A stretch of DNA of 63,610 bases, counting the filler, from Lenisia limosa (lineage: Eukaryota; Protista; Breviatea), in assembly GCA_001655205.1 (NCBI GenBank). It is 8 parts of 8 records of this genome, joined end to end, with 100 filler letters (N's around TTAATTAATTAA, not from the genome) between each part and the next. Parts side by side here need not be neighbours in the genome. Positions count along the whole stretch, not along the records: positions 49,366 to 61,553 come from LPNZ01007597.1; positions 61,654 to 63,610 come from LPNZ01010969.1; 6 more parts are not named here. One strand, given 5' to 3'. Within the stretch, counting starts at the first letter, position 1, and each line of letters opens with the position of its first letter. Shown here in pieces: positions 52,401 through 63,550 of the stretch. The notes beneath the pieces were generated by a model. That model saw only the letters and a program-made list of their open reading frames with translations, was not told the origin of the DNA and did not search any database. Position numbers and translations under genes: made by a program.

Positions 52401-55400
52401 ACTACATCATAAGGCCTTAGGCCTTAGGCATAGTGTTCTTTCAAAGGATTCCCAATCTCAAACCTGTAGGTCGGCACTCGAATTGCGATCACCAAAACCT
52501 CGACAGAAAAACAGGAAGTCTCCCGTGGGTAGAAGGAGGTTTTATAATAGTACATTTCTCTACATATTTGATTGAAGTTATTTTGGGTATTGGTGAGCAT
52601 GGATATTTCCAGAGAAATCCATGAAGATCTAGATAAGATATGGCTCAGCAAAGTGAATTCTAATCTTCCAGTTCATTACCTCTGTAAACTATTGTGCCCT
52701 TTGGCTTGGCTGACTTTTCAGACGAATTCAGCCGACAAACGCTCGAGTCTGAGGAGGATCGGGCACTGAATGTTTGTCGGGAAGAGCGGTATCGTAGATC
52801 TTGGGGTACTGATTCGCTCTGCAAATAAGAAACAGTAACAAATCATGCCCCCCCCCCCCCNNNNNNNNNNNNNNNNNNNNNNNNNNNNNNNNNNNNNNNN
52901 NNNNNNNNNNNNNNNNNNNNNNNNNNNNNNNCATACATATTTTGTGACGCATCCTTGTATCTCTGTTCTGTACCGCATTTGTCACCCGTCAGCCCTGCAT
53001 TGAGCTTGGAGGCGGCAGCAGATACCGACTGCAGAAGGCCGCATCGCAGTCAATGAGCCAATGGAAGAAGCAGAGCGCCTCGGACCTGACTGCGTTGAAC
53101 CGCCATGCTGCTGCTCTCAAGGTCTGTGGTGGTGGGATCTGTTGGGAGGGGGATGCGGTGTCTGATTGTGGAGTTAGGGTTAAGAGATAACTATACGAAA
53201 GGATTTTCCTTGATAATTTTCCACTATGATATCCACACTTTTTTGTGACTGGGAAGCCATAATGATAGATTGTACAATTGAACAATAGGTTGATGATATT
53301 CATGATGTGGTTGAGTCTGACTCAACAGAGGGGAGACAGTACACCCAATCTCGCGAAGTCTCAGCAGAACTCTGGCAAATTGGCCACTCTTGACGCACCT
53401 ACAGCCTGTGAAATGCCTGCTCTCTTGACCAAACTTGACGTCAGGGACCTGCTGCATCCTTATTGCGTGGGGGGCCTTCTCATCGTCTTCCTCCTCTTTT
53501 TCTTCCTCTTCTGATTTCTGTTTATCTCTTGCACTGAGGCTCCAAATGAGCATTGTTGTTGATATGTCTGTCTTACGTCTATTGTTCGGNNNNNNNNNNN
53601 NNNNNNNNNNNNNNNNNNNNNNNNNNNNNNNNNNNNNNNNNNNNNNNNNNNNNNNNNNNNNNNNNNNNNNNNNNNNNNNTTCTATTTTCCCCCGCATGAA
53701 ATAGTGACAATACTCCGGTTTGGTTATTGAAGCCCTATGTCACATTTTTACCCTCCAGAACCTTGATGACGGGAGCAGAGCGGTCCTTATTGCTGGTGGG
53801 ACGGTGGATTTATTGAACTGAACTTAACTGGAATGGATTAGTTCTTGAAAACTGATAATGGACTCGAATAACAATCCCTTCCAATCACTGTTTTGGCCTG
53901 GCCCCTTTTTCTCAATTTGTCACTTTCACAATGCGATATCATATGATGGAGTTTTGCACTTGGCATCGACCAAGGATTGTGGACAGTTCTTCGTTCGCTA
54001 CATCAAGTAACACTGTTTAGGGGAAGTTTTCCAGGAGATTACGGACTCAAAACGTTCGGTGTCCTCAGCCTCAACAAGATCCCTTGCCGAGGCGTCGGGA
54101 NNNNNNNNNNNNNNNNNNNNNNNNNNNNNNNNNNNNNNNNNNNNNNNNNNNNNNNNNNNNNNNNNNNNNNNNNNNNNNNNNNNNNNNNNNNNNNNNNNNN
54201 NNNNNNNNNNNNNNNNNNNNNNNNNNNNNNNNNNNNNNNNNNNNNNNNNNNNNNNNNNNNNNNNNNNNNNNNNTTTTTGCCTGGGATATCAACAAAACTC
54301 AGCGAAGAAAAACAGCTCAATAAGACCCTTTATTGATTCAATTTTAACTTCAAAAAAGGAAAACCTTACAACAATTGACTGTATTCCTACAATACTTTTT
54401 CATGTGGTTTAGGGGATATTTAGCCCCCAATCACAGCAAGTATGATAAGTATGGTAAATACGGGAGTAAGCCTCGGAAAAGCTCTTTCCTTGGAAGAACA
54501 AATTTGAACACTCACATACGAGAATTCTTCTATTTAATGATTTTCAATTTTATTCTGTTTGAAAAACTCTATTGCTGTAAAATGTGCTTTCATAGTAGGA
54601 AGTGGACAAAGATGTAAAAATTCCATCCTCGAGGGTGTATGGATATTTTATCGGTATTTGCCGGCACNNNNNNNNNNNNNNNNNNNNNNNNNNNNNNNNN
54701 NNNNNNNNNNNNNNNNNNNNNNNNNNNNNNNNNNNNNNNNNNNNNNNNNNNNNNNNNNNNNNNNNNNNNNNNNNNNNNNNNNNNNNNNNNNNNNNNNNNN
54801 NNNNNNNNNNNNNNNCTCTCAGAACGCATGTACTTCACCAGCCATGTTAGTGGGACATGTATTAAGTAAAAGAGCTGATACAATTATTGAAAAAAGCAAC
54901 TTTTTTTGTAGACTTAAGTAAAAATAAGTAAATTTTATTCCCAAAACAGTAATCCTCTAGGACAACCACGCTATTGAATCGTGGCCAAGGAAAACGTTGA
55001 AAGTGGCGCGAGCGCTCTCATATCGGCCTTCTTTCACCGTTGGAGGGGGTCTTCCATTATAGGGGTCTTCCATCATAAGACTGATAAAGAGGGGTCTTTC
55101 ATCATAAGACTGATAAAGAGGGGTCTTCCATCATAAGATTGAAAAAGAGGGGTCTTCCATCATAAGATTGAAAAAGAGGAGGACGATAGTCAGAATAATT
55201 CTACTCCTTTGGCCATCCAGCATCTTTCAAAGTTTGATTCTCCTCTCTGCATTGATCTGACCATACTTCCCATCTGCCAGTACCTTTTTGTTCAGTGAAC
55301 ATAGTTGATTTTGGGTTTTTTTTTTTTTTCATACAATCCCCCTTTATCCCCCCTTGATAGTCACCCCTAGACCAAGCCTGACCCCTTCAGCTCACCTCAG

Positions 55401-57407
55401 ACGACGTGAAGTTCACTTTTGTTGTCAACTCTTCTGCGATCCTGGAAAAGTGGATGGTGAGTTGGAGTGTCTGTGCATGTATTTTTCTCGATGGTGAGTT
55501 GTATCATATTGTCTACTCCATCCGCCTGGGTGGTTGGATGTGATCGACCTTGGCTTTGTTTTTTGTTTTGTTATTTCAAGCCCTTGTTGTGTCCATTGTT
55601 CTTGGAAACCCCCTCTGACTTAAAAGGATGCACTGATGGTGGCAAAGGAGGAGACCAAGGAAGGGAGCTCCGTCCCCCCTCCATCATCCCCTGAAAGTCG
55701 CCCAAGCCCAACGTCCAATGAACCTTCGAAGGAGCCAAGTCGTAACTCCAAGGAAAGTGCAGCTGTTGGAGGGGTGATATGATATGATATCTTGTATGAT
55801 GTGCATATGTATATGTTAGGGGTGGGGGTGTACTTGGGATAACAGGAGTTTATGAATCCTCAAATAAGAATATCATCTATTTACTAACCTTTTCTCATGC
55901 ATGTCTATATTACGTTTATTATTTTCCGCAATAACTTCCATCACTGAGACAACACTCACCATCCAGCTACCCGTCTCCGACAAGCCCGAATCCCCAGCAC
56001 AAGTGTCAGCAGCCGAACCATCAACACATCTGTCAGCAGCTAAACCTGCCCCTGAGGCTCCTACTGAGACCACCGAGCGTACTGAAGCTGCTACACCGTC
56101 CGCAGACAGCAAAAAGGACGAACCAGTGAACTCGGTTGGTAGTAATACTAAAGGATTGTGATGAAAAGGCTGAAATAAGAAACAATATGTCCTTGACCGT
56201 GACTTGCTTAGAATCATCCACCAGCACCGGCAATTCAAGCAGCTGAGGTGGGTACCATGTACATATATATGTATTGAGGGTTTCAAAGGTTCGCTTCAAT
56301 CTCAAAAGTAGGGCTTCACTTTCGGTCCCAAAAAGACTGAATCCTTGAAAGTGAAGCTCTTCCAAAAGGGTAGATATTATAAAATGAGAGATACTGAATT
56401 AAAGCACATAATTTCCCCACCGCTGAGTTTACACTTAGTTATTTGCCGCCTCCTTTTTTACTACTCCAGACACCAGGGCCGGAAGTTGAAATCTCTTTCT
56501 CCAGCGATGATGATATGCTCCCTGGTGGGGGTGGGNNNNNNNNNNNNNNNNNNNNNNNNNNNNNNNNNNNNNNNNNNNNNNNNNNNNNNNNNNNNNNNNN
56601 NNNNNNNNNNNNNNNNNNNNNNNNNNNNNNNNNNNNNNNNNNNNNNNNNNNNNCTGTTATGTAACAGAGTTAAATCTGACTTATTTATTTATTATATTAT
56701 CTAAATTTCTCTTTTCCCACCCCAAGACGACTCAGCTGTTGCCCCTCCTCAGGCCAAGAGGGAAACCACCACTCCCAACACCCACCTTGACCGCCTCATC
56801 ACCCCCGCTGATATGAAGCAGTCTCCCCAGGTTTGTTGGATTTGAGCATCCAGTATGATAGTTGTGAGGCGATTTGAGCGTCCAGTGTGATAGTTGTGAG
56901 GCGATTTGTATGATAGTTGTGAGGCGATTACTAAGGTACTTGTTTTATTTTATATACAAAGCCTTCAAACTCCAAATTCCCGGTGTTACGATATGATATT
57001 TTTATTTCAGTGGTTACTGCTCTAAAGGCTTCAACAATAAGCGAGAGAATTTGTAGTAAAAATGAACATCATCCTTCTAGTATTCTCAAGCAGTAAACTT
57101 TGAACATTGTTTCTCAATTCCATTGTTGTCATTATGCCCACAGAGTCCCGGCTATGGGCTTCTGGCTGCCGCTGCAGCTGCTCAAGCTTCCAAGGTATCA
57201 GAGATTGGGGGGTATGGTTTGCTTCCATGTGGTCTTATAACCTTTAGACAAATCTTCGTCTTATATTGAAATTTTTTTATGGGCTATGGAAAGGCTGTTA
57301 CCCGCTGTCTTATTAGACATAGTATTGACCACCCTCTGACCCAGCAGTCGCCAAACCCCGAGGCAGTGGTCGTGGCGGACGAAGAAGGCGATATTGCGGC
57401 CTGGTAG
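49497..57407 (+). CDS. Large multi-exon protein (or two): basic Pro/Ser/Lys-rich and coiled-coil N-terminal half, possible PH-like segment, Pro/Ala/Glu-rich tail
   Basis: More than 20 AG/GT-bounded exons (ATADQHQEKLRKKVNNRAPSPAAR; NEKRLQKAREEVAKKRQLRAG; LTSDDVKFTFVVNSSAILEKWMDAL, resembling a PH C-terminal strand/helix); terminal exon QSPNPEAVVVADEEGDIAAW*. Several gaps lie inside. Confidence 0.55.
55061..55178. repeat. Minisatellite, 29-bp unit aggggtcttccatcataaga(c/t)tga(t/a)aaag x 4
   Basis: Contiguous units with no spacers. Confidence 0.9.
56309..56361. mobile_element. Internally deleted hAT-type MITE (53 bp)
   Basis: tagggcttcactttcggtcccaaaaagactga...gaaagtgaagctct; approximate TSD ctcaaaag/(t)ccaaaag. 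Confidence 0.7.
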
Positions 57408-57627
57408 CGTAGGGTGTTTCGATGTTCTTGTATTTAATGGTGTAATGTAAGATGTGTAACAAAGGCCCAAGGCGGGAAACCCTCATGCGTACAAATCAAT
57501 CAATCTTGTCGGAGGCTTGACATTCAGAGGTCTTTTGGTGTGCTGTTCTTACATTAAGAGTTCCCCTCAACCTAACCATATAAATAATAATAATAATACC
57601 GTAGCTAAGCGCAATAACTTGGCAGCG

Positions 57628-57994
57628 TTAGCGCTTGTCGATCTGTTCGTAACTCGGCAAGTCGTCTACCTCCTCGTAGTTGGGAAGTTCTTCATCCTGG
57701 GGGTGTAAAATTGGAAATTTATGGAGAAAGAAACAGCACCGGCATCGACTTGGGATTCACTTGTATAATATGGGAATATAATAATTTTATTCGAATTCCC
57801 ATATTCCATGGGATTCCCATGTAAAATATGGTAATTCCAACGTTTTCACAAGAATGTAGTGTGGGCTAAACAGTTCATCCCAGAGGGTTAACTAGGAGAA
57901 AAAAAAAGGTTATTCAAAAGCAGACAAAATAAAGAACAGGTAAAAGGGGATACAAATCTAAGAAAGCACACTGAATCACATTTTTCTGTTTCAT
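57628..57994 (-). CDS. Candidate 3-exon 41-aa microprotein with two LPxY motifs (exons 57980-57994, 57850-57891, 57628-57696)
   Basis: All phase-0 GT-AG joins with pyrimidine-rich acceptors give MKQKNLTLWDELFSPHYILDEELPNYEEVDDLPSYEQIDKR*. Could instead be the 3' end of a longer gene. Confidence 0.5.
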
Positions 57995-58142
57995 TCTGGA
58001 AGAACTTCTCTTTTTTCTATTCTTGATCTGTATCTGTAGGATTGGTGCCGTAATGACTACAGGGAGGTGGCTGTGATTCTTGGTGTGGTTGACCAACGTG
58101 TGACTCTACCGGAGTGCATCACAGCCGAAGTGCGGAGACTGA

Positions 58143-59290
58143 ATGCAGATTTGTAGTTGTCAATATCTCACTTGGACTGTTGTTAATCTTTTCAGGTTAC
58201 TGTGTATTGATTCGCGTACATCACGAGAATGCTATCATTCTCAATTACCTGGAATGGAACTCCTCTCCAATGCGATTCGATTTTGTAGGCACTCGTCTTT
58301 TATCGCTTCTTAAACAAATTGGTCGTGCTCGCTCGATTCTCGTTTTTGTTCATAATTACAGGCGTCTCTTGGTCCCAGATTGGTTGATGAAGTTACAATC
58401 CCAAAATATGTTCTTCAGACTGCATACACAGTAGGTTCTGATTTTTACATTTCTGTTTTTAGTGAATGTGATCGTCAAATATATATGATATTATATGGTA
58501 TTGATGTATCAAAATAGTTTTTCTTCTTCTTATTATTATTATCATATGCATATAATTATTACTTCTTATATACATCGATATAGATGTTACATTTGAATTA
58601 GGTTTCTGGCCTTGAGGTTGCTCTTGTCAGTGGGTCTCTTTGTGGCCGCTACCGGTGAACAATTTTATAAACCCAGTCTCTTTAGGACGGCTCGGTTCCG
58701 AGAGGTAGAACGTGTCAATGATATTGTTTGGACGTGACACGTCTTATAATAGATCGACTACTCTTGCCTCTGGTGTACATTCTCAGTTTAATGCACTAGG
58801 CCACGACAACTCAGAAGCAAGTCACCACCCTGACGAACCTGCATGGAGCGCAGCCGCTCAAGAACGCTTCAGTATCGATTGATGTGATCGACAAGGTGTT
58901 GAAGGACGTCCATCCAGGAACGCGACTGAACCCCCTTGCAGTTAATTGTTTCTTTACTGTACTTAGTAAGGTGTTTGAAGCCTCTACCGAAGACACTCCG
59001 AAAGATCGCCTCAAATCGGCTGTTAGCTGCCTGTGGGTTTGGAACAGAAGAAGGTGTCACTGTATTTCTGCTCTCCGGTAATAAACAACACCATCACTAG
59101 TTATCTCTTCTCACCAATTACAGTCGAACTACAAAAAGACAGCGAATTACGAAAGGAATTTGCTGATATTGTAATATTTGAATGTATTTTATGGCTAGAT
59201 TTACCTGTCAATTTTGACGCTGGTGTTTCACTCAGTATCCATGAGCCTCTGAAAAAAGAACACATAATCCACTGTACGTGCGTGCGGAGT
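58143..59290 (+). CDS. Multi-exon protein containing an H2B-like histone fold (~58884-59032)
   Basis: IDKVLKDVHPGTRLNPLAVNCFFTVLSKVFE...RLKSAVSCL aligns ungapped over 31 aa with H2B [31 protein letters not shown]...EIQTAVRLL; plus-strand introns flank it. Start and end are tentative. Confidence 0.6.
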
Positions 59291-59899
59291 AAGCACAGGA
59301 TCCAGAATTTGAAAAATAGTGTTGATTCAAACCAAAATCTATTTTGGTTCTTATCCTACTCTGCGATGTAAAATGAGGAAAACTGACCAATCATGGGAAG
59401 ACTAGTCCCTTCTTCCTTCTAGTGAACTTAAATCTGACCACTGTTGTCTCGAATTACAACGAGAGGGCTCGGCGTGCTCCAGAAAAGAGAGAAAATGCTC
59501 CAAAATTATAACAAAACGAATGGAAATAAGGTCAAAAAAAAAAAACAAAAAAAAAAACACAAAAAACAACAAAGCAAATCAATCGTAGGCAAGAAATACT
59601 GATATATGTAGTACTCCTCAAACCATTTTGGGTGGAGCGGAAGGTTCAACTGGAGAAGTCTAAGAAGTTAAGTTAACATACAGAAGAATCTGCAATAATG
59701 TCAACAAACAAATAGCACACTATATAAACACGGGGTTCAAAAGTAAACGCCCGGCCCCCACCCGTGTAATGAATTTTAAACTATAGCAAATATAGGCAGT
59801 AATATATGATGGACTGATATAAACCAAAAATGAGATTTTAATATTTTCAAGAGTTAAACTTGATATGTGAAAAAAACGTTTCGAATGACACAGGTTTAC

Positions 59900-61710
59900 A
59901 ACACATCAGATGGTCACCTTGTTGTTGTGATACCACCATNNNNNNNNNNNNNNNNNNNNNNNNNNNNNNNNNNNNNNNNNNNNNNNNNNNNNNNNNNNNN
60001 NNNNNNNNNNNNNNNNNNTTGGCCGATTCAATCCGAGGTTCATCACTGTCATTGCTCTAAAATGGTCATTTCTTATTAAACAGTGCACTTCTTACAACAA
60101 TAAAGGTGTCAATTGTGAATACGATTTTCAGATCTGCTTTGTATAAAAGCATAGCAATGAAAACGAGTGAGCACTATCAGCCCCAACATTTAGGTGGAAA
60201 TGAGAAATAAAGCAAGGTAGAATCTGACCGAAGACGTCTACAACACCATCACGCTGTCTCGTAGTATTCATTCCACATTTATAGATAGTAAAGTCCCCGA
60301 TTATTTGCCAACATTATTTACCACTATCATCTGCCGTCGTTGCTCCCGCTCTCTCTCCTCTGCTGCTCGTCTTCTTTCTAGACGTTTGAGGAAACTGTCA
60401 AATGGCTTAATGTAAAAGTCAAACTCCGTCATCTTAAAATATAAAAGACAGTGTACCTTTGACCCTCCCACTTCCTATTACGGAGCAAATAGCCATAAGT
60501 GCCACAAGAATAAACGGGAAGCTGATCGCGTAGTACAACAATAGCCTGAAAAACAATTAAAACAATATATGGAGTAAATATCATAGGTATAAGTACATAA
60601 TATAGCTATATATCATATACAAATTTACCCTAAATGTATATTTTACAGAACAAACACGAGCAATAAACAAATATGAAACTCATTTGCCAAAAAAACCCAC
60701 TTTTCAACTAAAGAATCGGACTCGCCCGAGGAAGACTCTTCGATATTATCTAGCGGTCAGAATGGATATCACAGCTCCCCACAAAAAAGTGATAACAAAA
60801 CAAAACTGACAATATTCAAAACTCTTATCTTTCACACCCCCCTCCCCCCACCCCAATGTTCGTTTTCCTTTGATTTGCCTTTTAGTCCTAAGCCCCCAAC
60901 CAGTTTGTCGAGGACAAGTCGTTGTAGGCTCCATCACGTCTTCGAAGTAAAGCTAAAAGGTAAAAAGAAGACGACCTTCAAGTGCGATCAATTACTAATT
61001 TGGAACATAAATTATATACTTTTTTCCAAGAGTCAAGAGTTGAGAGTCAAGAGTTGAGAGTCAAGGGTCAAGAGTCAAGAGTCAAGAGTCAAGAGTTGAG
61101 AGTCAAGAGTCAAGAGTTGAGAGTCAAGAGTCAAGAGTTGAGAGTCAAGAGACAAGAGTTGAGAGTTGGATGGGGGATTTGAAATATCATACCAAGCCCC
61201 CCTCACCGAATACGACGACGACTGAGGAGTGCTGTCGTAGGCAAAGGTCTCGCAGTAATCTGACCGGTTTGGTGCATCGATATACAACGGGTAGCAAGCA
61301 ACCTTAAATGGGTGATAAAATCGCCCCTGTCAAACGAAGAACTACGATTCCACTATTTAGCCCGTATTTCAATAAAGATTGTTTTTCACTCCTCCATTTG
61401 GGATTACCCCCTTCTTTCTGCATTACACCATTTTCAACGGACAGTCTTACCTGGAGCGAGGTGCTTGAATCTGCTTCTTGCATTGACGGCTCAATGTTCT
61501 CATGTATGAAGCTGAGGGGGGGATTAATGAATACAGGCTGTACAACACATGAANNNNNNNNNNNNNNNNNNNNNNNNNNNNNNNNNNNNNNNNNNNNTTA
61601 ATTAATTAANNNNNNNNNNNNNNNNNNNNNNNNNNNNNNNNNNNNNNNNNNNNACTGAACCGACCTGAGGAGGCGAAGCCGAGGAGTTTGTTCAGAGTGA
61701 GAATCAGTGG
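59900..61710 (-). CDS. Multi-exon gene of unknown function with one late TM segment
   Basis: Minus-strand exons LYIDAPNRSDYCETFAYDSTPQSSSYS; DNIEESSSGESDSLVEK; LLLYYAISFPFILVALMAICSVIGSGR; FLKRLERRRAAEERAGATTADDS. Confidence 0.45.
60199..60255 (-). repeat. Dispersed intronic hairpin element (family C), 3' fragment on the minus strand
   Basis: Reverse complement reads agcgtgatggtgttgtagacgtcttcggtcagattctaccttgctttatttctcatt. Confidence 0.7.
61030..61168. repeat. Compound microsatellite (gagtcaa / gagtt)n
   Basis: Direct inspection; explains the SQELRVK pseudo-ORFs. Confidence 0.95.
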
Positions 61711-61944
61711 TTTTGGTAATATTCATTCGATCTGCATTTCAACTGTGTGACCACAAGGCCCACAGCGTACTATTTATATGGTTTCCTTGAATGCGGTGGT
61801 TTAAACTGGAGCATCCATAGGAACCGCGAAGTTCTGGGGGCTTGTTTTCATGTTAACACTTATTTGGTTTAAGTGAGGTGTGATATGGTGATGTAGAACA
61901 ACTATTTCACTTCCTAAGACAGCATATGTTTGCTGTCCAGAAAC

Positions 61945-62036
61945 CGAACAACTGCTGCGTACTTCGAAAAAAAGTCCGGAATAAAAAATCGATAGTTTTC
62001 GAAGATTTGTCTTTTTTTGAACCCAAGTGAAGCCCT
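61945..62036. mobile_element. Degenerate hAT-type MITE (subfamily A), right end intact
   Basis: ...aatcgatagttttcgaagatttgtctttttttgaacccaagtgaagccct. Confidence 0.6.
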
Positions 62037-62847
62037 CATTGTAAAATAGTAGTGAATTTTCATATGCATTGTTATTAATTTCAGACAAACTCTTTGTGTC
62101 ATTGATGTCTATGAGAGACAATACTGTAAACAATTGATTGATTTTCCCTATTAAGTTCATTTTTGAAGAGTCGAATATGAAAAGTGATTTTCTTCAGAAA
62201 AGAGGCTAAAATCAAAACTGACACGGTATCCCAAAACCGAGAAATGGGTTTGTTTCCTCAGTATACATATCAATATGATATGTATTATGAATAATATACT
62301 TAAATAGTATACAGTATATTGGCTTCAAACGGTATTCNNNNNNNNNNCTAGGCAACCTAAACTCCGTATTTTATTCAAAACTCCGTATTCTATTTTTATA
62401 TANNNNNNNNNNGTATTATGAATAATATACTTAAATAGTATACAGTATATTGGCTTCAAACGGTATTCAAAGTTAAATATTTGGTCTTATTTGGGAGCTA
62501 TTCATCTGTAACCCAAATCTTACTTTGACAACAATTTGAAGCTGACTTTTTGAACTGAATTAGAAAACAAATATCCCCTAAAATGAAAGATAAACGAAGT
62601 TAAGATCATTATACTTCTAATATTTACTGGAGACTTGTTTTTCTCAAATGGAGTGACATCGTAAAAGTAAAAGGAGAAAAAAAGAGGTGTGTTTTTGTAG
62701 TACAGACATCATTTGAAAAAATGTATAAAAAAATAGTTTGATATCCATTTTTATGATTTTCTTGGATTGCAACAAAACAGGAATGTCCCCAAAGTGGTGT
62801 ACCGATCACATATTGTTTGTTTTTGGCAGTCTAACTCAACTTTGTAG

Positions 62848-63550
62848 ATATACATGTCTGATTCTCCTACTCTCGGTGATGTTCGAGTTTTCAAAGTATG
62901 ATTGTGTCCTTATTGTTTTTTTTTCTTTTCTTTGGATCTTTCATGAGTATAAATGTAAAAGTTGTGTTTTTTTTGTATTTCATTATTTTTCAGGATGCTC
63001 TGTGTAGCACGGTATTAATTCATAGTGTTTTCTGTTATGAAAAGAAACATCAAACCTTTGAAATTGGTGAACCTGAGGCAGTTGCATCGTCTTTTGCGGT
63101 GATCAAGGAAGCTGATGAAGTAAATATGGAATACCAATGATATATATTCGTTTCTGAGCTCTCTTTTTGAGACCCTCGTGGTACTATTTAGTTAAAATTT
63201 GACATCTTTGGAAAATTTGGTAGTCATAATGTTGTCATGTTACTTAACCTTGAATTATGTCCCTTTATCTGTTACGCCGAACAGTAAAAGCTGACCTGAG
63301 ACGATGCTTGGCAAAGACCTTTGCATACAATAATGTCTTTGCCAAGCATCGTCTTAGGTCAGCTTTTGATGTCCGGCGTAACAGATAAAGGAATATATGT
63401 TATGAATATTTATAGCTTATGAAATACACTAGTATATGTTAGGTTGCTTCATTGTTTTGGCTTAAACATGTTTAGGTCTGATCCCTACAAAAAGGCGTAT
63501 TTTTCGAAGCGACCTTTCCCGGATTCTACGTACGCTGCTATTGTTCTCTG
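62848..63550 (+). CDS. 5' part of a gene running out of the window, unknown function
   Basis: Exons (IY)MSDSPTLGDVRVFK; KHQTFEIGEPEAVASSFAVIKEADE; SDPYKKAYFSKRPFPDSTYAAIVLC. Confidence 0.4.
63256..63397. mobile_element. Near-perfect 142-bp hairpin element (MITE-like), 63-bp arms, 16-nt loop, TA at both ends
   Basis: 63256-63318 and 63335-63397 are reverse complements at 57/63 positions; intronic. Confidence 0.8.

Noticed and set aside
53757-54010. RAVLIAGGT...FFVRY resembling a RasGEF REM domain
   Set aside because: Too short, phase unresolved, and adjacent exons are lost in gaps; no CDC25 catalytic motifs were seen.
55061-55178. 29-bp repeats of CRISPR-like length
   Set aside because: Units are contiguous with no unique spacers, no cas genes are present, and the context is a eukaryotic intron.
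60982-61287. ORFs with SQELRVK / SQLLTLD repeats
   Set aside because: These are translations of an intronic (gagtcaa)n microsatellite.
1251-61653. Repeated TTAATTAATTAA motif embedded in N runs (near 1295, 28004, 31534, 40561, 48165, 49310, 61598)
   Set aside because: Identical 44N-12-44N layout with stops in all six frames marks an artificial scaffold linker. Contig adjacency across these joins is unproven; for example, the PDE-like and Est1-like genes stop abruptly at them.
62282-62467. ~55-bp direct duplication flanking an insert identical to 27908-27959
   Set aside because: The insert is bounded by N10 pads and its twin also abuts a gap. This is most likely a scaffolder placing a collapsed repeat, though a polymorphic TE end cannot be excluded.
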